From an uncultured virus (IMG/VR IMGVR_UViG_3300008952_000024) (taxonomy: Duplodnaviria > Heunggongvirae > Uroviricota > Caudoviricetes), in IMG/VR virus record IMGVR_UViG_3300008952_000024: DNA of 22,172 nt. One strand, written 5' to 3'. The position numbers and the translations under genes are program-made. Positions 15,245 through 22,172 of this stretch are shown in pieces. Positions within the stretch are counted from its first letter, which is position 1. Every line of letters starts with the position of its first letter. A model generated the notes under the pieces. The model was given only the letters and a program-made list of their open reading frames with translations. It was not told the origin of the DNA and searched no databases.

Positions 15245-18200
15245 TACACTTCTTCCTCAAGCGTAATAGCCATATCGCCAGCCTGTTTCCAAATATCTAT
15301 ATCAGCAGCTGGGGAGTTAGATTTTGTTTGTTGATACCACGCGGCATTATCCAACTGTGATCCACTGGTGATACGTCCGAGAATTACATTATCTGGATCA
15401 GCATATGGCGCATACCTCGTGGCGGTGGCATCTGTGTCATCTAACACTAATACTACTGGCCTCGTTTCGTATTGGGTATGGCTTCGAAGTAACTGTCGTA
15501 GCGTATCTCGCTGCTCCTGACTCACATCTCCAACAAGCCTACCAGTAATTGTACGTTGAGGTGGTCCCTCTGGATATGCCCAAGATAATCCGCCCTTGGT
15601 TTTGTAATTTGTAACATTTGGCTGTTCATTACTTGTGGAGGTCCATTCAAGAGGCACCTCAAGCGATTCCTGAATACCAACAATTATAGTACCTACGGAC
15701 AACGCTTCATTAGTAGCATTTCCCAAGTCACGATCGCCAGTAATCTCAATGTATCTATTGCTCTGTATACCGTCATTTTTATATACCCATCTACCTGAAA
15801 ATACAGTGATCGCTGATAACGTGCCAAGCAACGTAATATCAAAATCGGTATCTAATATTAGATGATACTCGGTATCTGATATTCGTATACATTCAACAAT
15901 ATTTGCGGTTCTAGTAAAGACAGTTGGAGGAGAGCCAATAGTGCCTCCTAGATTCACATAAAATGGTTTGCCCTCACTTGTGTTCCACTCCGCGTTCTCT
16001 GGCATATAGCCCGGTCCACCACCAAGCCTCACAACGACCTTATTTGGTGACTCCATACTTAAAATATCGGGACTAAAGGCTCTAGAAATATATGTCTGGT
16101 GGGTGGGTACTACCGTGTTCCATGTCACCTTATCCTCTGATACACGGATTCCAATATTACCAATATTTGAGTTAAATGCAGCAATACAATTCCACTTAAA
16201 CTTGGTCATTGTATTGTCTGGGTCGGCCACAAGTACTACCTTGAACGTATCAGACGAGGATCGGGTCAGGTCTAATTTGGATCGATATTGTAATCGCGGA
16301 GATGGCAAGGTAAGGTTTTCTGCGCCATATTGATATTTTGTAAGACCATTAAAGTTGTCTCCAGAAAATCCAGAAGCACCACCCCATCTAGCACTAATGG
16401 CATACCCCATATTAATTGGGTTTCCCGTTATCAGGCGACCCCGCAAATGTTGAGGCCAATCGGTATCAATATCATACGCTCGAAACTGGCTTAAAGCACT
16501 ATTCTTGATTTTACCCGCACTACCACCACGCTCTTCGGACTTAAATACATTAATAGACCTCCAATTTGATCTTCTATCCATATGAGGAGTACCCCCCGGA
16601 CTATTAGGAAGGTGTCCAAAACGTAATATTTGTATAATTGAAGCTACCGTTGTTTCAGTTACTGTAAATGGCCCTACACGTTGCCATTCCCGAATCCCGG
16701 CTTCATCATATCCGCTAACGGTCTTTAGAGATAACATTACTTGGGTTTCTAAAGAAGGAGCTAAATAAGTACCAACATTAACAGATGCAATACTTAACCG
16801 TATACGATTAAAGACCGCCATATTTGCGTTTATAAACGATGCCTCTATTGGAGTTGGGCCAGCATTTACATCAATTAAAGCAATGCCATTATTCGCTATA
16901 ACGACTCGTAAGTAGACGGCTTGCCTTACACCAGAAGTATGATCTGACGCATTTACATCAAAAAATATAGTTGCATCATAACTTATCATTACATTATCAT
17001 ACCCATACTCTGTCTTTACTTCTGCTTCAATAACAACCCCGCCCTGCTGGTCGGTGGTTGGCATCCATGTTGGTTGAGCATCGGAAGGAGCAGTAGTAGA
17101 CCACGCAGTATCATCAAGTTCATTAATATAGGATTGTGCGAAAAATCCAGTATTATCTGAAAGTCGCTGTCTCCACGAATTATAACTACTCGTTACCTGA
17201 CTAACTGTTCTTGTCCAAGGAGTGCCGGGAGACACATTACCGCCAGCACCAGCCACTAATCCAAATGGTATATGCCATCCCACAATTGGAAGTGGGTAAG
17301 GATCTGACTCTGAATACAAATTTGGAGTGCTTTCGACTCTATAATCGGTATAATTTGCAATCGGCGACATGTCCCAACCACCAAGCCGAAAATAGATCGT
17401 TCTGTTGTCTGCTGTGAATAATGATGGATCATCGGTCGCATCTATGGCACCCGCAAAAAACGATAAATATTTATGGCAGTTTATAAGGTTCATATAGCAA
17501 GGAACAAACCTAATCGTTCCCTGCGACCCAGTAAGATAATTATTGCTATACCAGTCGCCCAATGGCGCATTTGGATCTATACGGAATAAAACAAATTCCC
17601 AACCGGTACGATGCCAATCTACAAGCCCAAGCGTCGGCACAATATAATAACAAAGTATTAACCAATAATAATCCTGACCACGAACCGACGTAATGTGTGC
17701 TTTCATCATCGCACTAGGAACACCAGTACCTTTAGTCACATTAGCATTTACAAATGCACCTGTACCTGTTGCAATCCCAGTCTGTAGCCGCTGTAGGGAA
17801 TCCATCCAATGCAATAAAAATGTACCAGAGTCATCCCGAAGTCCAGCCATAGTATAAACATGCTGATCTATACTGTCGCCATTCTCCACGATTGCTGGTG
17901 TAAAGGCTAACTCTGGTTCCAACCAAGATGCCCCGCCATCACCAGATACAATAGTTCTAAAATAGTTCGTGGTAGTTCCCTCTATCAAATCAATCCAAGC
18001 AAGACGAAGATAATCGCCACTACCATCCATCTTTACGGACTCATAGTTTATTGGAAACGTATCTAAATATTTAGATGCCACATCAGCAGATAATAATTCC
18101 CACTTTAATCCGTCTTCCGACCACCATATATTAATGTCATTGCGATCAGTTCTGCTCATCATGCGTAGGGTGCCATCACCCATAGCACAAACTTTGAATA

Positions 18201-19677
18201 CATCTAATGTATACCCAATACCCCAAAAGTCTTTCCGATTAAAATTAATAGTTGTTTGGGTCCATCCCCCGTTAGCCTGATCAATATTTCTATACGCAAC
18301 ATTGATTGTTGCCACATCGCCAACTGTATCCTCTGCTGTATAAATTACTTCCCGATTTAACCGTGGGATAAACGCGCCAGAAGCAGCATCCCCGCCAGTC
18401 GCAAGCAGCCCCCCGTGTGAAAAATGGACATAACGTTCTTCATTGTACCCATAATAATTTTTATTGGCTTCAAAACCATCACCGGAATGTAAGCTATTTA
18501 CATCACCTACCCATCCAAGCGGGACATGCATAGTTGGATCAACATATAGTCTTAAATTTCCACTTGTTGCCGTTAATTTTAACCTTGTAGTACCATCTAG
18601 TGATGCTGTGATCCCATGTATACTGGTCCGTGCGTTAATTGCATTACGCAACGCACTAGTTCCATCATTCGTCGTAAATACAAATGGGCCGGGACCAACA
18701 AGATCAAAGTCATTTATAAGAAGCTGTCCACTAAAAATTGTTCCACCCGCTATCTGGGATCGAAAGATTATTTCAGAATTGATCCCTAAAACACCAGAAA
18801 TATCACTAGATGGTCGTAGGTCGATATGCGTATTACTAGAAAGTGTAATACCAGCTCTATGAATAGTAGCTGTTGCCCCCGTCCACCCTAATCCCGCTGC
18901 CGCCGCCGCATCTACAAACAACCCTAAACTTGCCCCAGTGTCTAGGTTGACATCGGTTCCAGTCAACACAAGAATCCGATCTGTACCCGTTGAACCAGTG
19001 GAAACTGTACTAGCGGTAATGCCATGTGTTCCAGTATGCGCATTAATAGCATTACGCAACGTGCTCGTACCATCATTAACAACGTATGCAACTGGACCCG
19101 CGCCATTCAGTAAGTCCACATCATTGATAACTAGTTCACCATTGTCCAACGTACCACCGGCTATGCGAACATCAAACACAATTTCGGCTGCATTACCGGT
19201 TGCGGTTACTCCGTGAAGTTCAGTGTTTTCATTAATCGCAATCGCTTTTGCCAAAGCGGAAGTGGCTGGCTGAACAAGCAGAGGGGTGTAGGGATCTTTA
19301 TACCTAGTAAGCGGAGTCTCTACATCATTTACCACCAATTGAGTCCCTACAGTTATCTCGCTTGATCCTACTTTATCGGATACTATCGTACCAACAGTGC
19401 TTGTTTTATTTGGCCTATGTGCCCATGTTCCACCATTAATCCCACCAGCAACCTGAACACGAAAATCAAACTTCTTATCCTCATCAGTTAATGTAATGAA
19501 GCCGGGTTCGACATATTTTCCCTGCATAGTAGCAACAAGACTTCCTCGATTATCATTTTCGGAATCTGTAGGCCCAACATATTCACCTGCCGCTACGGGT
19601 TCGATTGAATCAATATTTTTACTACCAGTCAGACAAGGATCTGGAAAAATAATATAACTATTAGGCCCACCTGACAT
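15244..19677 (-). CDS. Large multidomain tail-tip protein: flagellin-IN-like repeats, Asp-box region, beta-sandwich region, Dit-like C-terminus
   Basis: 1477 aa, G/T/S/N-rich, directly after the tape measure. Three 'IND/VND...AIN..T..HG(I/V)TA' units; Asp-box-like SEDGLKW, SGDGGASW and SEDKVTW; C-terminal TKGG...PQRTITG...RPVVLV...ITLEEEV. Confidence 0.75.
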   Translation of the reverse strand: MSGGPNSYIIFPDPCLTGSKNIDSIEPVAAGEYVGPTDSENDNRGSLVATMQGKYVEPGFITLTDEDKKFDFRVQVAGGINGGTWAHRPNKTSTVGTIVSDKVGSSEITVGTQLVVNDVETPLTRYKDPYTPLLVQPATSALAKAIAINENTELHGVTATGNAAEIVFDVRIAGGTLDNGELVINDVDLLNGAGPVAYVVNDGTSTLRNAINAHTGTHGITASTVSTGSTGTDRILVLTGTDVNLDTGASLGLFVDAAAAAGLGWTGATATIHRAGITLSSNTHIDLRPSSDISGVLGINSEIIFRSQIAGGTIFSGQLLINDFDLVGPGPFVFTTNDGTSALRNAINARTSIHGITASLDGTTRLKLTATSGNLRLYVDPTMHVPLGWVGDVNSLHSGDGFEANKNYYGYNEERYVHFSHGGLLATGGDAASGAFIPRLNREVIYTAEDTVGDVATINVAYRNIDQANGGWTQTTINFNRKDFWGIGYTLDVFKVCAMGDGTLRMMSRTDRNDINIWWSEDGLKWELLSADVASKYLDTFPINYESVKMDGSGDYLRLAWIDLIEGTTTNYFRTIVSGDGGASWLEPELAFTPAIVENGDSIDQHVYTMAGLRDDSGTFLLHWMDSLQRLQTGIATGTGAFVNANVTKGTGVPSAMMKAHITSVRGQDYYWLILCYYIVPTLGLVDWHRTGWEFVLFRIDPNAPLGDWYSNNYLTGSQGTIRFVPCYMNLINCHKYLSFFAGAIDATDDPSLFTADNRTIYFRLGGWDMSPIANYTDYRVESTPNLYSESDPYPLPIVGWHIPFGLVAGAGGNVSPGTPWTRTVSQVTSSYNSWRQRLSDNTGFFAQSYINELDDTAWSTTAPSDAQPTWMPTTDQQGGVVIEAEVKTEYGYDNVMISYDATIFFDVNASDHTSGVRQAVYLRVVIANNGIALIDVNAGPTPIEASFINANMAVFNRIRLSIASVNVGTYLAPSLETQVMLSLKTVSGYDEAGIREWQRVGPFTVTETTVASIIQILRFGHLPNSPGGTPHMDRRSNWRSINVFKSEERGGSAGKIKNSALSQFRAYDIDTDWPQHLRGRLITGNPINMGYAISARWGGASGFSGDNFNGLTKYQYGAENLTLPSPRLQYRSKLDLTRSSSDTFKVVLVADPDNTMTKFKWNCIAAFNSNIGNIGIRVSEDKVTWNTVVPTHQTYISRAFSPDILSMESPNKVVVRLGGGPGYMPENAEWNTSEGKPFYVNLGGTIGSPPTVFTRTANIVECIRISDTEYHLILDTDFDITLLGTLSAITVFSGRWVYKNDGIQSNRYIEITGDRDLGNATNEALSVGTIIVGIQESLEVPLEWTSTSNEQPNVTNYKTKGGLSWAYPEGPPQRTITGRLVGDVSQEQRDTLRQLLRSHTQYETRPVVLVLDDTDATATRYAPYADPDNVILGRITSGSQLDNAAWYQQTKSNSPAADIDIWKQAGDMAITLEEEV
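18505..19190 (-). repeat. Internal protein-level duplication (~95-110 aa, two copies) of a flagellin D3-like domain
   Basis: AEIVFDVRIAGGTLDNGELVINDVDL...NDGTSTLRNAINAHTGTHGITAS...LFVD...LGWTG versus SEIIFRSQIAGGTIFSGQLLINDFDL...NDGTSALRNAINARTSIHGITAS...LYVD...LGWVG. DNA identity is patchy (shared GCATTACGCAACG), so the duplication is old. Boundaries are approximate. Confidence 0.9.
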
Positions 19678-19686
19678 GCCTCGCCC

Positions 19687-22172
19687 CTATGAACTCTTGG
19701 TCCAGTAATTAAAACGTCCGCGATCTAATCCTACAGTAACACCCGACGCTCGTGTTAGCTGTTTTGTAATACCGGGTGCATTGCCTCGCCTCATAGCGGT
19801 CACCTGTACCGCATCCAACAAGCGCCCCTCGGCCATAATAGCAATGTCTATAGGTGCTGACTGGCCCATAGAACCCGGTCCACCCGCACCGGCGAGGGGC
19901 TGCTGTGCTCCACCTCTGGAACGGGCTGCATTTCTATCTGCCGGTATAATTGCTTCGCCTTTGTGTACATTTACCCGCATATTTGATGGGACATAATTAA
20001 TGCCGGAATAAAAGCTATCTAGGCCCATTTCACCTATATATGCATCTTTCAGTTGTTCCTCTGTCTCGTTAGCTCTAGCGGCACGCCGCTCCTTCGCCTT
20101 CTTTTTCCCTTCTTTACCCCTAAACAAATCACCAATTGCTTGACCAATCTGCTTCATACCTTCTATGATAGCCATTAATGCAGATGTAACTATCATGCTG
20201 ACTATCTTTGGAATTGCTGGAAGAAGCTCCTTAAAGAACGCAGTAAAAAATGACGCAATAATATTTGGGATCATTTTAACGATCCCTATAACAATCCTTG
20301 GTATCAATGCGAGAACGGCACCAATCAACTTTGGCAACATTGATAATAACTCTACCAATATTGCTGGTAACGCCTCAACAATCGCACCAATAAGCATTGG
20401 GATAGCGTCAAATAAATGATCCAAGATGTCTGGTATGGCTTGTAGTAATGATATAGCTACACGCATTACCAATCGAACTAATGCCGGAAGCAACTCTGGC
20501 AACGCACCAATAACGGCCTCGAGCACTATTGGAATAATCCCAACAATTTGCTCAATAAGAACTGGAAGCGTATCCGCCAGCTGCAAAATGATTTGAACCA
20601 ATCCAGCCAATAATGCATCTAATATTGCTGGTAATTCCGCAATGATCGCATCTAGTATTTCTGGAAGTGCTGCAATTATGGTGGTGATTGCATCTGCCAA
20701 CACCGTCGCAAGGTTAGGTAGGGCACTCAATACCGCTGTTATCATCGCCGGGATGTTATCTACTATGACTTTAACTAGGTTGCCGATATTATCCGCGAAA
20801 CCCTGAATGATCTGTGGGACCATCTCCACAAATTCATTGAATAGCCCCGGCAACTGGGCCGTAAGCTCTTGCAGCAACGCCGGAACAGCGGCTACCGCCA
20901 TTTTCATAAAGCCCGTGGCCTTACTAACTAATTCCGTTACCTTTTTAGCAGCCTCCGCTTTAACATCCATTGTCGCACCCTTGGATGCCATTTCAGAAGA
21001 TGCAGCAGCGAACTCACTTACAATCCCACGCAAATCAAATTCAAAACCAGTAAAAAACTTAAATGTTTCCGCACCCTTCTTGGCTATAGCGGTCATTCCC
21101 TTAATAGTTGCTGCTATGGCCTTCCCAATATCCCCGATCACCTTGATGATCTTTCCTACCTTCTCCTTCCATATGGCAAAGGCTTCGTTAGCCATCTCCG
21201 CTTCTGCCATTTTTTGTTCGTCACGAGTCAAGGTGTCTTTTAGTGCCTTATACTCCCGACGCTTTTCATCTAATTTATGCTCACGTTCCTTCATTTTTGC
21301 GCGGGACTTCAAGAACTTCTTAAAAATCCCAAAACCTGCACGCTCGGACAATAGCTCTAACTTCGTAGCTTTACGACCCCGATCTCGTATACTCTTTAGG
21401 GTTGCAAACTCCTCTTTTGCGAGTTGGCGCAACTTTAATTTATAAATATTTTTAGCAATCTCCAGTTGGGCTTTGGACGCATGAACTTTACGCATCTCGT
21501 TTACACGTTTTGAATACTCTAATTGCAACGCCAGTCGTGGACCCATCAGTGCTTTGGCTAAATCTTCTGCCTCCCCTTGAAGGGTGTCGCGAAATTCCTC
21601 GCGGGCCTTTGCCTCAATTGCTCGCTCACGATTCGCTTGCGTTTCTCGTAGTTTAGCTCTGGCCTGTGCATAAGCATAATCAATATCCATCCGCTCTAAT
21701 GCACCTTCCTCGTACATTTCCACAGCTTTGTCTCTTTGGAGTTTTAGATCAGCTAACTCGGCCTGATTTGCTACCTTCCGCTTCTCTTTTTCTGTTAATG
21801 CTGCATTTTCATGATCTTCTGCAACCAGCTTCTCTCGCATCTGTCTCATTTCAGAATAAAATTCTGCTATCGACTTGGTAATTATATCTTCGCGCGTTCT
21901 TATAGCTTGCCGCTCTATCTCTTCACGTTTCGCATGGCCCTCTTTATAAAGTTTAGTAGTTTCATCAACTAACTTTTGGTGTGCTTCCAGCTCATCTTCT
22001 AGTTGAAATCTCCTTTCCAATAATCCATGACTATCTAAAAGTCTTTTTTCACGAGCCAACTTTTTCTCAAATTCTGCTAACTTGAGTTCCGCCTTCATGC
22101 GCTTTTCAACTAGTTTTTGATGCTCTTTGCTGACCCGCTCATCCGCATCCGCCTTCTCATTGGCAACTCGTA
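19687..22172 (-). CDS. Tail tape measure protein, 5'-truncated by the window edge
   Basis: The frame stays open upstream of the track's ATG (22098) to the window end. Charged coiled-coil region, then amphipathic repeats with Pro mostly every 11 residues (LPAILDALLAG-type), and a C-terminal FYSGINYVP...VHKGEAIIPA motif typical of tape measures. Confidence 0.9.
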   Translation of the reverse strand, partial: RVANEKADADERVSKEHQKLVEKRMKAELKLAEFEKKLAREKRLLDSHGLLERRFQLEDELEAHQKLVDETTKLYKEGHAKREEIERQAIRTREDIITKSIAEFYSEMRQMREKLVAEDHENAALTEKEKRKVANQAELADLKLQRDKAVEMYEEGALERMDIDYAYAQARAKLRETQANRERAIEAKAREEFRDTLQGEAEDLAKALMGPRLALQLEYSKRVNEMRKVHASKAQLEIAKNIYKLKLRQLAKEEFATLKSIRDRGRKATKLELLSERAGFGIFKKFLKSRAKMKEREHKLDEKRREYKALKDTLTRDEQKMAEAEMANEAFAIWKEKVGKIIKVIGDIGKAIAATIKGMTAIAKKGAETFKFFTGFEFDLRGIVSEFAAASSEMASKGATMDVKAEAAKKVTELVSKATGFMKMAVAAVPALLQELTAQLPGLFNEFVEMVPQIIQGFADNIGNLVKVIVDNIPAMITAVLSALPNLATVLADAITTIIAALPEILDAIIAELPAILDALLAGLVQIILQLADTLPVLIEQIVGIIPIVLEAVIGALPELLPALVRLVMRVAISLLQAIPDILDHLFDAIPMLIGAIVEALPAILVELLSMLPKLIGAVLALIPRIVIGIVKMIPNIIASFFTAFFKELLPAIPKIVSMIVTSALMAIIEGMKQIGQAIGDLFRGKEGKKKAKERRAARANETEEQLKDAYIGEMGLDSFYSGINYVPSNMRVNVHKGEAIIPADRNAARSRGGAQQPLAGAGGPGSMGQSAPIDIAIMAEGRLLDAVQVTAMRRGNAPGITKQLTRASGVTVGLDRGRFNYWTKSS

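Larger units (their letters stand above)
1..22172 (-). mobile_element. Tailed dsDNA bacteriophage genome segment (tail, putative lysis/packaging, replication-recombination and DNA-modification modules)
   Basis: Co-oriented, tightly packed genes (ATGA and TAATG overlaps at 755-758, 3652-3655, 5223, 15244). Tape-measure-like, primase-helicase, Sak4, SSB and RuvC-like genes are present and housekeeping genes are absent. Prophage versus free phage cannot be decided from this window. Confidence 0.95.

Noticed and set aside
18505..19360. A true flagellin gene or host-DNA contamination
   Set aside because: No conserved flagellin N- or C-terminal D0/D1 helices. The segment is in-frame inside a phage tail gene coupled to its neighbours.
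20150..20900. Multi-pass membrane transporter (very hydrophobic stretch)
   Set aside because: The 11-residue Pro-periodic amphipathic repeats, gene position and C-terminal motif fit a tape measure protein.
23..21881. All plus-strand ORFs in the track (e.g. 8315-8812, 10431-11141, 20807-21445)
   Set aside because: They lie antisense to longer, motif-bearing minus-strand genes, have Ser/Pro/Ile-rich shadow composition and no recognisable motifs.
1..22172. tRNA/rRNA genes, integrase/att site, IS elements, introns/inteins, DGR
   Set aside because: Intergenic gaps are all under 150 nt with no cloverleaf. No recombinase, transposase, reverse transcriptase, intein or homing-endonuclease motifs were seen.

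Overview
The whole window is a segment of a tailed dsDNA phage genome (Caudoviricetes, probably long-tailed). There are about 20 densely packed, often translationally coupled genes, all on the minus strand. No host genes, integrase or tRNA are visible. In transcription order (right to left): the C-terminal part of a tape-measure protein; a 1477-aa tail-tip protein with a Dit-like C-terminus, Asp-box motifs and repeated flagellin D2/D3 ('IN motif')-like domains; a baseplate hub-like protein; a small hypothetical; a terminase-small-subunit-like HTH protein; two small proteins (one holin-like); an HTH/replication-initiator-like protein overlapping a WGR-like gene by 227 nt; a hypothetical; a ~100-nt intergenic unit ending in an intrinsic terminator (candidate sRNA or attenuator); a replication/recombination block (SF2 helicase, Cas4/AddB-like nuclease, Sak4-like ATPase, SSB, RuvC-like resolvase, initiator C-terminal-like protein, T7 gp4/Twinkle-like primase-helicase); a hypothetical; a TGT/DpdA-like base-exchange enzyme; and a truncated ORF. 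The most striking observations are the flagellin-like domains in the tail tip, the TGT-like enzyme, and the candidate anti-Shine-Dalgarno sRNA. All family calls come from motif recognition by eye. No database searches were run.
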